Made by a program: the position numbers and the translations under genes
Notes under the pieces: model-generated
What the model was told of the DNA's origin: nothing
Databases searched by the model: none
What the model saw: the letters and a program-made list of their open reading frames with translations, nothing else
NCBI GenBank assembly: GCA_965223705.1
Contig: OZ245015.1
Coordinates: 416,001 to 480,000, forward strand
Reading direction: 5' to 3'
Length of the DNA: 64,000 bases
Source of the DNA: Myxococcota bacterium
GTDB taxonomy: Bacteria > Myxococcota_A > UBA9160 > UBA6930
Shown: positions 16,707 to 28,249 of the stretch, in pieces
Layout: each line of letters opens with the position of its first letter
Numbering within the stretch: the stretch's first letter is position 1

Positions 16707-17425
16707 TGCGCGAACTGGGCACAGACGTAACCGTAGGCGCCAGCCTGCGCGGCCGGTTGCTCCGCCGCTACAAGCGCTTCTTCGCCGACATCGAAACCGA
16801 CGGAGGCGAGGAACTGACGGTGCATTGTCCGAATCCGGGCAGTATGCGCGGGCTGCTCGAGGTCGGCGCGGCCGTGCGTTGCACGACGAGCGACGATCCG
16901 CGCAGAAAATTGCGTCACACGTTGGAGATGATCCGTCTGGGTCACGTGTGGGTCGGGCTCCACACACTGCGCGCGAATCAGATCGCAGCGGGCGTGCTCC
17001 GGGAAGGGAGGTTTAGCCCGCTGTCCGGTTATGCCGAAGTCGCGGGGGAAGTCGCTGTCGGCGAGGGCACCCGTCTCGATTTTCAACTGCGAGGTCACCC
17101 GGAGCGCCCCGACGTCTACGTCGAAGTGAAAAGCGTGACGATGGCCGACGGACCGCTGGCCCGTTTTCCCGACAGCGTCACGGCTCGCGGTAAAAAACAT
17201 GCCGAGCGCCTCGCAGCGCTCGCCGGTACGGGTCGGCGCGCGGCGCTGCTGTTCGTGGTGCAGCGGGGCGACTGCGAGCGCGTCGAGCCGGCGGACGATA
17301 TCGACCCGGCCTACGGCGAAGCCCTTCGTCGAGCCGCGGCGGAAGGTGTCGAGCTCTACGCGATCCGCGCGCGTGTCGGTCCGTCGCGAATCCGAGCGGA
17401 ACGGGAGCTCCCGGTATGTCTTTAA
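16706..17425 (+). CDS. sfsA: DNA/RNA nuclease SfsA
   Basis: RRYKRFFADI, HCPNPGSMRGL, VEVKSVT, FPDSVTARGKKH. Confidence 0.93.
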   Translation: MRELGTDVTVGASLRGRLLRRYKRFFADIETDGGEELTVHCPNPGSMRGLLEVGAAVRCTTSDDPRRKLRHTLEMIRLGHVWVGLHTLRANQIAAGVLREGRFSPLSGYAEVAGEVAVGEGTRLDFQLRGHPERPDVYVEVKSVTMADGPLARFPDSVTARGKKHAERLAALAGTGRRAALLFVVQRGDCERVEPADDIDPAYGEALRRAAAEGVELYAIRARVGPSRIRAERELPVCL

Positions 17426-18498
17426 ACACCGAGGACCGCGCGCTGCGCAAAACCCTGCTCTACTGGTACCGCACCCATCGCCGCGATCTCCCATGGCGAA
17501 AAAGGCGGGACGCGTACGCGATCTGGCTCTCCGAAACGATGCTGCAGCAGACCCGCGTCGACACAGTCATTCCCTACTACGAACGCTTCCTCGAGCGCTT
17601 CCCCGACGTTCACGCGCTGGCGGGGGCGGATCTGGACGACGTGCTCGGCGAATGGGCTGGGCTCGGCTACTACCATCGCGCGCGCTCCTTGCACAAAACG
17701 GCGCAACGCGTTTCCGTGAGGAACGGGGGTTCGTTTCCGAGGACGGTCGAGGCGCTTCGCGAGTTGCCGGGCATTGGCGCCTACACCGCCGGCGCAATCG
17801 CCGCGATCGCGTTCTCCGAGCCTGCGCCCGCCGTCGATGGCAACGTCATACGGGTCTTTTCGCGTTTGTTCGGAATCCGCGGCGACGTCACGCGACCCGA
17901 CGTGCGCCGGGAAATCGACCAGCGGGCGACGGAGTTCGCACGGGGAGAAATGCCGGCGGACTGGTGCCAGGCGGTCATGGAGCTCGGCGCACTCCTGTGT
18001 GCGCCCCGAAAACCACGCTGCACGGGATGTCCGGTCGCCACTCATTGCGACGCGAATCGTGCGGGCGATGCGGAGTCGCTTCCGAACAAGCCGAAGAAAC
18101 GGAAACCGAAGACGATCGAAGGCGCGGCGGCGCTGCTGCTGCGGGGAGGGAAAGCCCTTGCGGTGCGCCGGACGGAAGGCGGTTTGCTCGGCGGCCTATG
18201 GGACTTGCCCGGGGGCGAGCTCGACCGCGGCGAGGACCCGGCGACGGGGCTTGTGCGCCACCTCGAAGAGGGAACGGGACTCACGCTCAGCGCAGCACCC
18301 GAAGCGTGCGGCTCGGTGGCTCACGTCTTCACGCATCGACGGCTGCGCTTGCACATCTTTCGCGCTTACGCCGAGCCCGGTCGGACAAAGCGGCGGGGTT
18401 TTTCGGATCATCGCTGGCTTTCACCGTCGCGGTTTTCGGAGCTGCCCCATGCGAGGCTCACCGGCAAGGCGCTTCGCCTCCTCGGGTTGTCGGATTGA
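17416..18498 (+). CDS. mutY: A/G-specific adenine glycosylase
   Basis: WLSETMLQQT, WAGLGYY, LPGIGAYTA HhH, VDGNVIRV, 4Fe-4S CAPRKPRCTGCPVATHC, HVFTH. Confidence 0.95.
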   Translation: MSLNTEDRALRKTLLYWYRTHRRDLPWRKRRDAYAIWLSETMLQQTRVDTVIPYYERFLERFPDVHALAGADLDDVLGEWAGLGYYHRARSLHKTAQRVSVRNGGSFPRTVEALRELPGIGAYTAGAIAAIAFSEPAPAVDGNVIRVFSRLFGIRGDVTRPDVRREIDQRATEFARGEMPADWCQAVMELGALLCAPRKPRCTGCPVATHCDANRAGDAESLPNKPKKRKPKTIEGAAALLLRGGKALAVRRTEGGLLGGLWDLPGGELDRGEDPATGLVRHLEEGTGLTLSAAPEACGSVAHVFTHRRLRLHIFRAYAEPGRTKRRGFSDHRWLSPSRFSELPHARLTGKALRLLGLSD

Positions 18499-18902
18499 AG
18501 CGCGCCGAGTTCCACGTCGAATGGCAGGGAGAAACGGTCAAGGGCTGGGCGGACGGCGTCGATCGCTCCCACCTGCGCAAGCTCCGCCGCGGCGAGTGGC
18601 TTCCGGAATTCGAGCTCGATCTCCACGGGCTCCGAGAACACGAGGCGCAGGCGCTGGTGCTCGAGTTCGTCGAGGACGCACTTGGCGAAGGCGCCCGTTG
18701 TATTTCCATCATTCACGGGCGCGGTCACCGGTCGGAGCGCGGGCCGGTTTTGAAACAAGCCTGTGTTCGCTGGCTTTCGACCGGGCCGGCCCGCGCGCAC
18801 GTCTTGGCGTTCCACTCGGCGCCGGCGGTCGGCGGCGGGGGCGGGGCCACCTGGGTTCTGCTGCGTCGCGCCCGGGGCCGAGAGAAAGCACCGCCCGGCT
18901 AG
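18495..18902 (+). CDS. stand-alone Smr/MutS2-domain protein
   Basis: [29 protein letters not shown]. Confidence 0.88.
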   Translation: MKRAEFHVEWQGETVKGWADGVDRSHLRKLRRGEWLPEFELDLHGLREHEAQALVLEFVEDALGEGARCISIIHGRGHRSERGPVLKQACVRWLSTGPARAHVLAFHSAPAVGGGGGATWVLLRRARGREKAPPG

Positions 18903-18933
18903 CGTCGGCCGCGAGGGTCTCTATCCTCGCTGC

Positions 18934-20031
18934 GTGACAAGCCGTTTCGGACAAATTTTCAGCGTGACCACGTTTGGTGAATCCCACGGCGGCGGCGTGG
19001 GCGTGGTTGTCGATGGCTGTCCTCCGCGCTTTCGCTTCGACGCGGCGGCGATTCAGGCGGATCTCGATCGCCGTCGGCCGGGTCAAAGCCATCTGACGAC
19101 CCCGCGCCAGGAAGCGGACCGAATCGAAGTTCTCTCCGGGGTGTTCGAGGGTGTGACTCTCGGAACGCCGATCGCGATGTGGGTCCGCAACAAGGACGCG
19201 CGGCCCGAAGCGTACGCCGACATGAAGGATCTCTATCGCCCTTCGCACGCGGACTACACCACGGAAGCGAAGTACGGCGTGCGCAATTGGCAAGGCGGCG
19301 GGCGCGCCAGCGCGCGCGAAACCATCGGTCGCGTCGCGGCGGGCGCCTTGGCCCGCGGGCTTCTCCGTCAGTTGGCGGAAATCGAAGTGCTGGCTTGGGT
19401 GAGTCGCGTTCATGAAATCGAAGCGGACGTCGATACCGACGCGGTCACACTCGAGGCCGTCGAAAGCAATCTCGTGCGTTGTCCCGATGCGCGGGCCGCG
19501 ACCACGATGGAAGAAGCGATCGATGCGGCGCGGCGCCGCGGCGATTCCCTGGGTGGGGTCGTAACTTGTGTCGCGCGCGGCGTGCCCGCGGGTCTGGGAG
19601 AGCCGGTTTTCGACAAGCTCGACGCCGACTTAGCCGGAGCGATGTTGTCACTGCCCGCGGTGAAGGGCTTCGAGGTGGGCAGCGGTTTCGCCGGGACGCG
19701 CTTGACCGGTTCTGAGCACAACGATCCTTTTCTTGCGGATGCGTCGGGCGGCGTGCGCACGGCGACGAACCACTCGGGCGGCATCCAAGGCGGAATCAGC
19801 AACGGCGAGACGATTCACTTTCGAACCGCCTTTAAACCCACAGCTACGATTCGCGTCGCTCAGGACACGGTGACGACCGGCGGCGACGCTGCGACGCTCG
19901 AAGCGGGGGGGCGACACGATCCCTGCGTCCTGCCGCGCGCCGTCCCGATGGTCGAGGCGATGGTCTGTCTCGTCCTCGTCGACCATTTGTTGCGTCAGCG
20001 GGCGACCGACGTGTTGCCCGCACTCGATTAG
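18934..20031 (+). CDS. aroC: chorismate synthase
   Basis: [45 protein letters not shown]. Confidence 0.96.
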   Translation: MTSRFGQIFSVTTFGESHGGGVGVVVDGCPPRFRFDAAAIQADLDRRRPGQSHLTTPRQEADRIEVLSGVFEGVTLGTPIAMWVRNKDARPEAYADMKDLYRPSHADYTTEAKYGVRNWQGGGRASARETIGRVAAGALARGLLRQLAEIEVLAWVSRVHEIEADVDTDAVTLEAVESNLVRCPDARAATTMEEAIDAARRRGDSLGGVVTCVARGVPAGLGEPVFDKLDADLAGAMLSLPAVKGFEVGSGFAGTRLTGSEHNDPFLADASGGVRTATNHSGGIQGGISNGETIHFRTAFKPTATIRVAQDTVTTGGDAATLEAGGRHDPCVLPRAVPMVEAMVCLVLVDHLLRQRATDVLPALD

Positions 20032-20489
20032 GGCAAGAGGACGAATCCCGTCAAGAACGCTGCGGCCGTACCAAAGACCGTGACCAAGCCGAGCCACCCG
20101 TGAACTTCAGCGCTGCTTCCGTTCCCGCGGAACAGACGCCAACCCAAGACGCCCGTTGCGACGCCGAGCGATGCGACACTCAGCGCGACCCAGGCGTGTA
20201 GCGAGCTCAGGACCTCGAAGCCTCGGAGGTACAAGACGGAGACGGGTCCGAGCGCCGCTCCGACTACAAGCGCGATGACCGCGATGCGCGCGACCTTGAC
20301 GTGCAACATGCGCGCCCCGGCGCCGATGCCGTCGCCGCGCAGGCGGGCTTTTCGCAGGCCGAGCCCTTCGCGCAGGGCGAGCGCGAGAAGGCCCGTCGTA
20401 AGGAGCATCCAAAAGGGATGGCCGTAGGACAGAAAGCGCGCGAACACTTCGCGCGTAGCGGGGTCGATCGGGGTCGCGGGATCGCTCAC
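20028..20489 (-). CDS. four-TM membrane protein, DUF4079/cytochrome b561-like
   Basis: Four hydrophobic segments with spaced His residues (GHP, LHV, LHAW, VHGW). Confidence 0.6.
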   Translation of the reverse strand: MSDPATPIDPATREVFARFLSYGHPFWMLLTTGLLALALREGLGLRKARLRGDGIGAGARMLHVKVARIAVIALVVGAALGPVSVLYLRGFEVLSSLHAWVALSVASLGVATGVLGWRLFRGNGSSAEVHGWLGLVTVFGTAAAFLTGFVLLP

Positions 20490-20490
20490 G

Positions 20491-21216
20491 TTACTCGACG
20501 CGGTGCACCGCTCCTTCCGGCAAGCGCTTGAGCAGATCGTCCAACGCGTTTTGCAGGTAGCCGGCGTCTCTCGATTCGAGCGTCAGCAGCACCTTGAACG
20601 ATTCTTCTCCGATCTTGGGGTAAGACCCGAGAAGCAATTCCGGGAACGATTCGAGCACTTCCTGCAGGTGTCCCGCGATGTCGCTTTCTCGTTCGTTTAC
20701 GAACACGCGCTTTAGCAGGAACGGTACGCCGCGGAACCGGTCGCGAATCGAATCGAACTTTCTCATCAGGAGCGCCGGAATTCCCGGGAAGATGTACACG
20801 TTGTCGACGACGACCACCGGGAACCACAAATCGCCGGCATCGAGGAGCGCTGCTCCCGCCGGAATCATCGCCATCTTCGACTGGCTCTCGTTGCAGGGCT
20901 TTCCCTGCGCGGTCTCGATTCTCGAAATGATGGAGCCGTTCAGCTCGAGCGGCCGGCCGAACGCCGAGGCCACACCGTCCATGGTCAGGTCGTCATGCGT
21001 CGGGCCGACACCGCCGGACGTGAACACGAAATCGTACCGAGCGGCGAAGTCGCGGACCTCGTCCGCGATGAGATCGATTTCATCCGAGATGGTCAAGATG
21101 CGATCGACGTCGACGCCGAGTTCGCGCAGCTCGCGGCACAAGTAGGGCGAGTTCGTGTCGGTCACTTTCCCCGACAAGATCTCGTTTCCGATGATGATGA
21201 TCCCAGCGGTCGGCAT
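20491..21216 (-). CDS. CinA N-terminal/molybdopterin-binding-domain protein (no C-terminal PncC domain)
   Basis: IIIIGNEILSG, DTNS, TSGGVGPTHDDLT, FPGIP. Confidence 0.87.
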   Translation of the reverse strand: MPTAGIIIIGNEILSGKVTDTNSPYLCRELRELGVDVDRILTISDEIDLIADEVRDFAARYDFVFTSGGVGPTHDDLTMDGVASAFGRPLELNGSIISRIETAQGKPCNESQSKMAMIPAGAALLDAGDLWFPVVVVDNVYIFPGIPALLMRKFDSIRDRFRGVPFLLKRVFVNERESDIAGHLQEVLESFPELLLGSYPKIGEESFKVLLTLESRDAGYLQNALDDLLKRLPEGAVHRVE

Positions 21217-21253
21217 TGCCGGAGGTTAGCCCCTTTCGCATATCCTCGCGGTC

Positions 21254-21562
21254 GTGGAGTACCGAGTATCTTTCGTGGCCGCGAAGGCCGGAGAAGAAGC
21301 GCGCGAACTCGCGACCGTTGCCGTCGCCCGCGGCACGCTCCTCTCCGAAGCGGTGAGAAAGGCGGGGTTGCCGATCGCGACTGGCTGCAGCGGAGGCGCC
21401 CTGTGCGGCAACTGCGGGCTGCGCATTGTCCGCGGCCATGTCGCGCGCGAGAGTCGCGGCGAGCGTGAAGCGAAACGGAGAAACCGTGTGGATCCGGCGC
21501 TCAGGCTCGCTTGCCGGATCGGCGTAACGGACGATCTCGAAGCGACCGCAGACTACTGGTAG
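21254..21562 (+). CDS. 2Fe-2S ferredoxin-like protein
   Basis: CSGGALCGNC and RLAC cysteine pattern. Confidence 0.88.
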   Translation: MEYRVSFVAAKAGEEARELATVAVARGTLLSEAVRKAGLPIATGCSGGALCGNCGLRIVRGHVARESRGEREAKRRNRVDPALRLACRIGVTDDLEATADYW

Positions 21563-21581
21563 TCCACGCGGGCGCGGAATG

Positions 21582-21872
21582 TCATCCCCAGTCGGAGATA
21601 TCGGATTTCCCGAAACGGCGCTCCAGGGTTCGCCACTGCACATATGCCGTCGCGCAACCGCCGGCGGTGAACACGCCGATCGCCAGCAGGACTCGCCCGT
21701 AGAAGATCGGGGAAGCGAGTGACTCGGCGATGGCGTGTCCCTGGGTGATCTCGATGGCGGCTGCGACGGCCAGGCCCATGGGGATGCCGCGCAGGAGCCC
21801 GCCCTGAATGACGAAGCGGCGGCGTCCTTTCGGGCGCGCCTCATTCCATTGCTCACGCGTTGTGATCCACAC
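21582..21872 (-). CDS. small two-TM hypothetical membrane protein
   Basis: C-terminal part of ORF 21582..22235 fills the gap between genes; two hydrophobic helices; start uncertain. Confidence 0.55.
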   Translation of the reverse strand: MWITTREQWNEARPKGRRRFVIQGGLLRGIPMGLAVAAAIEITQGHAIAESLASPIFYGRVLLAIGVFTAGGCATAYVQWRTLERRFGKSDISDWG

Positions 21873-21919
21873 TCCAAAAGGATGGCGCGCGGAATCCCCG
21901 GTGTCATCATCCGCCCGCC

Positions 21920-23124
21920 ATGGATCAGCAAGTCGAGGAACGCCACGGCCTCCACAGCGGAACGATCGGGATCGCCGCGTTCTGGTTTCTCTACATGGGC
22001 GGGCTCGGAGCGATCTTCCCCTACTTGAGCCTCTACTTTCGAGAAGACGCGTCTCTTTCGGGCGACCAATTGGGCATCGCCCTGGCGATGACGCCGCTCG
22101 TCGGGATTTTCTCGCAACCGATCTGGGGGCACTTCGCGGATCGGACCGGCACGCGCCGAGGCGTGCTCGCGGCCCTCGCAGCGGGTGCCGCGGCGGGGTA
22201 TCTGCTCGTTTGGAGCGCGACGGCTTTCCTGCCACTCGTCGCCTGTGTTGCGCTTCTCGCCGTGTTCACGACGCCCGCCATGGCGGTCGCGTCGTCGCTG
22301 TCGTTTGCAGTGCTCGGCCCGGACGGCGCGTTTCGCTTCGGCCTCGTTCGGGCGTGGGGAACCGTCGGGTATCTCTGCATGATCCTCGCGCTGCCGAGTC
22401 TCCTCGAAAGCGACGCCGGAGTGCGGGCCGGGCTCGCGCTGATCTTCCCCATCGCTTCCGGTCTTTCCCTTCTCGCGGCGTTCACTCTCGTCGCCGTTCC
22501 GCCGGCGGGTGCGGTCGCCGTGCGCGCGAAGCGCGGTGACCTGGGCGCCCTGTTGCGCGAGGGGCCTTACCTCCGGCTCTTGGGGCTCGCGTTTTTCGCT
22601 TACGGAATGCTCACCGGCCCGATCCTTCTTTTCCCGGTGTTCGTCGCCGAACGAGGAGGCACGGTCGAAACGGTCAGCCGCCTGTGGATACCGATGTTGC
22701 TTCTCGAGGTGCCACTCATTCTGTTCGCGGGAGCCGGACTGCGGCGACTCGGGGCGCGGGGGCTCATCGCGTTGGGCATCGCCTGCGACGGTGTGCGTTG
22801 GGCGGTCTGCGCCCTGGCGCCGAGCTTGCTCTTCATGTTCGGCATCCAACTCCTCCACGGCGTCGTCGTCGTGGGACTCATCATCGGAATGCAACTCTAC
22901 GTCGAGGGGGCGGTTCCCCAGCGGTTGCGCTCCACCGGGCAGACCGTGCTCGGAACGGTCATCAGCGCCGGAGCGGTCTTGTCGAACTTGTGGGTCGGCT
23001 TCGCGCTGGAGCGCTTTGGCGCGACCCTGCCGTACCTCGTGTCGGGGTTCGGCGGAATGGTGCTCGCTGCGGTCGCCTGGTTCGTGCTCCGCGGAGCGGT
23101 TCCGCTCCGGGGGGCCCGGTCGCC

Positions 23125-23128
<4 letters not shown>
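21920..23128 (+). CDS. MFS transporter (MFS_1_like/nucleoside:H+ symporter-like)
   Basis: About 12 hydrophobic segments, [20 protein letters not shown]. Confidence 0.88.
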
Positions 23129-24738
<1,610 letters not shown>

Positions 24739-24932
24739 AATTTCCTCAAAGCTCGTGTGTGTCTCGATCGGCGCGGCAAGGCCGCACAATGGGAGACTTC
24801 ATTCGTTGCGCGCCTATTCAGCTATCGACAGCAACTCTCCCCGTGGAAGGCGCGTCCGCCTGGGAGGGTCGGTAAATCTAGCACCTGAAGCGGACTGTTG
24901 TGGCCCGTCACCCCGTGTTGTTGCAGGGTTTT

Positions 24933-25493
24933 TCAGCTCCCGGCAAGAGCGAACCAGTGCAGGGCCGCCACCACCAGAGCGTGGTCGATTCGGCCGCTGC
25001 GGAGGTGGGCAGAAAGATCGTCGCGGGGGACGAGCACCACCCGGGTTTCCTCGACGTCGGAGACCTCGATCTCGCCTGAGAGCTGCGCGTTTCGCGCCAT
25101 GAACGTGTGGCAGTGGTTGCCGAACAGGGCGGGGTTCGGATTGACGACCCCGAGGGGGATCACCTCGTCCGCCAGGTAGCCCGTCTCCTCCCGGAGCTCT
25201 CGTGCGGCCGCCTGCCCGGGGTCCTCTCCCGGGTCGACGATGCCGCCAGGGATTTCGAGGGTGACTTTTTCGCTTCCGTGTCGGTACTGCTCGACCATGA
25301 CGATCTCGTCTCCCGGTGTGAGGGCCACGATGTTGCACCAAGGGTCGGCGTCGATTCGATAGAACGGGTGCACCGCTCCCGTGCGGGGAGATCGGGCGTG
25401 GGCTCGGGAAACGTGGAAGACCGCACAATCCGCCACGGGCTCTCGGTGGACCAGTTGCCAGGCGAGGTCCGTTTTCTTGTCTTCCGGTTCCAT
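24933..25493 (-). CDS. NUDIX hydrolase (ADP-ribose pyrophosphatase-like)
   Basis: Nudix box GGIVDPGEDPGQAAARELREETG; QYRH. Confidence 0.9.
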   Translation of the reverse strand: MEPEDKKTDLAWQLVHREPVADCAVFHVSRAHARSPRTGAVHPFYRIDADPWCNIVALTPGDEIVMVEQYRHGSEKVTLEIPGGIVDPGEDPGQAAARELREETGYLADEVIPLGVVNPNPALFGNHCHTFMARNAQLSGEIEVSDVEETRVVLVPRDDLSAHLRSGRIDHALVVAALHWFALAGS

Positions 25494-25574
25494 CGCCGAG
25501 GACCCTAGCACCGCAAACCTGCGCCCGATCGCGCGGATTTCGATAGGCTGCGGACGCCTTCACGGGGGGAGAGG

Positions 25575-27659
25575 ATGTTCCGCACCGCTCAAACCAGCGC
25601 CAATGAGCAGGACTTCCGCAGCGGACCCCTGTTTATGGTGATGGTGGCGATCGCGTGCGGCGCCGCCGGCGCCATCGGCGCCGTGTTCTTCCGCTTCCTC
25701 ATCCGCCTGTTCCAAGGCCTCTTCTTCTTCGGTTGGGCCGGAGTGGAGTCCGTCTTTGCCGAAGGGCTCCTGGCGGAACCCGGAGACCCGCTCGAATTCG
25801 TCGCCCAGCTCCCGCTTTGGGTCATGGTGATGGCTCCCGCCCTGGGCGGCCTGGTGGTAGGTCCCCTGGTCTACTACTTCGCCCGGGAAGCGAAGGGCCA
25901 CGGCGTGCCCGAGGTGATGGAAGCCGTGGCGATCCGGGGCGGGGTGATGCGCCCCCGGGTGGTCGCGGTCAAGACATTCGCTTCCGCCATGACCATCGGG
26001 TCGGGAGGATCCGTCGGTCGCGAAGGACCGATTGTCCAGATCGGTTCGGCCATCGGCTCGGTGATCGGCCAGCTCCTGCGCGTCAACGCCCGCCAGCTCC
26101 GCACCATCGTCGGCTGCGGCGCCGCTGCGGGCGTTGCCGCGACGTTCAACGCGCCCATCGCCGGCGCGCTCTTCGCGGTCGAAGTCATCGTCGGCGATTT
26201 CGCGGTGAGTCAGTTCAGCCCGATCGTCATCTCCGCCGTCGTCGCGACGGTGATTTCGCGCTTCCTCCTCGGCAACCATCCGGCTTTCGAAGTGCCGCCC
26301 TACGAGCTGGTGAGCCCATTCGAAATCGTGGCCTACATGGGTGTCGGGGCGGTCGCGGCCCTGGTTGGGCTCGCTTTCGTGTCGGTGCTCTACCGGTCGG
26401 AAGATCTGTGGGACCGCTTGGATGTTCCCGAGTGGTCGAAGGCGGCCCTGGGGGGCGCGGCCGTGGGCTGCCTCGCGCTGTTTATTCCGAACATCTACGG
26501 CGTCGGCTACAGCACGATCACGCAGGCGCTGAACGGGGAGCTCGGTGCGTCGATGCTGGCGATCCTCTTGATCGCGAAGATCGCGGCTACGAGCACGACC
26601 ATCGGATCTGGCGGCTCGGGCGGGGTTTTCGCGCCGTCGCTTTTCCTCGGGGCCGTGACGGGGGGTCTGTTCGGCACCGTCGTACACCAGTGGTTCCCCG
26701 AGTCGACGGCTTCTTCCGGGGCCTACGCCCTGGTGACGATGGGGGCCGTGGTGGCTGCGACCACCCATGCGCCGATCACCGCGATCATCATCATCTTCGA
26801 GCTGACCCAATCGATCACGATCATCCCGCCACTCATGGCCGCGTGCGTCGTCAGTACCTTGCTCGCGACGTTCTTGCGCAACGATTCGATCTACACGCGG
26901 AAACTCCTCCGGCGCGGCGTCAGTTTGCGCCCGGACGAAGACCCGAACGCATTGCGGAGCTTGTGGGTGCGCGACGCGATCGATCGCGAGCCCGCCACGA
27001 TTCCGGATCGTGCGGGTATCGGAGAAATCGTCGAGCTGCTGGTCGAAAGCGATCATTCCGTCTACTTCGTTCTCGACGAAGACGACCAGCTCATCGGGAC
27101 CATCGACCTTCGCGACGTCCGCCAGCTCCTTTTGGAGCGCGATGTCTTGCGCGCGGTGGTCGTGGCGCGGGATTTATGCGAGCACGACGTGCCAAGTGTC
27201 ACCGAGGACGACAACCTCGACGTCGTGATGCAGATCTTCAGCCTCGAGGAAGTCGAGGAACTCGCCGTAGTCGACGCCGCCAACCCCAAGCGGCTCGTCG
27301 GGAGCATCCACAAGCGGGACGCGATCCAGGCCCTCAATCGGGAAACCGCGCGGCGCGATCTCGCCGGCGGTCTCTCGAGCACCGTGGCTGTTGTCGAGAA
27401 AGTCCGGGAAGTGGAGCTCGGCGGTGGCTATGTGGTGCGCGACGTCCCGGCGCCGCACCGTTTCATCGGTCACTCGCTCGCGGAGCTCGAGATCCGGGCG
27501 CGTACGGGCGTTCAGGTTCTGTTGATTCGAAGCCCCAAGGGCGTCTCCGGCGGGCGCGACCCGATGCGGGTGCCGAGCGCGACGGACCGCATTCAGGCGG
27601 GCGATGTTCTCGTCGTGGCCGGTTCTCGCGAAGGCCTCGACCATCTGGAGCGTCTCTAG
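25575..27659 (+). CDS. ClC chloride channel/transporter with CBS pair and C-terminal TrkA-C (RCK_C) domain
   Basis: GHGVPEVM, GREGP, FNAPIAG, GGVFAP, SIYT; CBS-like region; FIGHSLAELEIR...GDVLVVAG. Confidence 0.9.
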   Translation: MFRTAQTSANEQDFRSGPLFMVMVAIACGAAGAIGAVFFRFLIRLFQGLFFFGWAGVESVFAEGLLAEPGDPLEFVAQLPLWVMVMAPALGGLVVGPLVYYFAREAKGHGVPEVMEAVAIRGGVMRPRVVAVKTFASAMTIGSGGSVGREGPIVQIGSAIGSVIGQLLRVNARQLRTIVGCGAAAGVAATFNAPIAGALFAVEVIVGDFAVSQFSPIVISAVVATVISRFLLGNHPAFEVPPYELVSPFEIVAYMGVGAVAALVGLAFVSVLYRSEDLWDRLDVPEWSKAALGGAAVGCLALFIPNIYGVGYSTITQALNGELGASMLAILLIAKIAATSTTIGSGGSGGVFAPSLFLGAVTGGLFGTVVHQWFPESTASSGAYALVTMGAVVAATTHAPITAIIIIFELTQSITIIPPLMAACVVSTLLATFLRNDSIYTRKLLRRGVSLRPDEDPNALRSLWVRDAIDREPATIPDRAGIGEIVELLVESDHSVYFVLDEDDQLIGTIDLRDVRQLLLERDVLRAVVVARDLCEHDVPSVTEDDNLDVVMQIFSLEEVEELAVVDAANPKRLVGSIHKRDAIQALNRETARRDLAGGLSSTVAVVEKVREVELGGGYVVRDVPAPHRFIGHSLAELEIRARTGVQVLLIRSPKGVSGGRDPMRVPSATDRIQAGDVLVVAGSREGLDHLERL

Positions 27660-28183
27660 TCCTTCGCTTCCTCGAGTAGCAGGCGTACACCCCGTGCTCC
27701 GGGGGCTACACGGCCAAGGGATTCCGCCACCAGATCCCCCGTTTCTCGGGTGGTCGCGTTGCCATCGCCGTCGAGTCGCGCGCTGATGAGAAACGGGCCG
27801 CTGAACGGGATGCCCTCGATCATCCGGTCTTCGGGGCCGATCTCGAAATCGAAAGGAAATCGCGGAGTCGTGATGCGTTTGACCGCGGCGGGAGGACCCG
27901 AAGCACCCGAGCGAGCGATGATGAAGAGGACCGAGCCGTTCGGCGCGCTGCTGCCTTCGGCGAGCTCGATTCGGCCGGAAATACCCTGGGCAGATGCCGG
28001 TGCTGCAGCGGCAGCGAGGTCGGGTAGGGTGGGTCCGCCCCCCGCCGCCTGATCCGCACCCGGCGGGAAAATCCGCGCGAGGTCCGGCGGCTCGACCGTT
28101 TCCTCGGGGTCAAAAGGCTCAACGGCTCGGTGACAGGCGAGACCGAGGCAGAGCGCGATCGCGAGTAGGGAGGGATGCCTCAC
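27656..28183 (-). CDS. lipoprotein with CcmI/CycH C-terminal Ig-like domain
   Basis: Lipobox LGLAC; LFIIAR...PPAAVKR...FPFDF...[11 protein letters not shown]...GDL pattern. Confidence 0.7.
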   Translation of the reverse strand: MRHPSLLAIALCLGLACHRAVEPFDPEETVEPPDLARIFPPGADQAAGGGPTLPDLAAAAAPASAQGISGRIELAEGSSAPNGSVLFIIARSGASGPPAAVKRITTPRFPFDFEIGPEDRMIEGIPFSGPFLISARLDGDGNATTRETGDLVAESLGRVAPGARGVRLLLEEAKD

Positions 28184-28249
28184 AGAAAGCACCCTAGCGG
28201 TCTCGATTGTTGTAGCGCCAGAGGCCGCGATGTAGCATCGAGCCATCCC

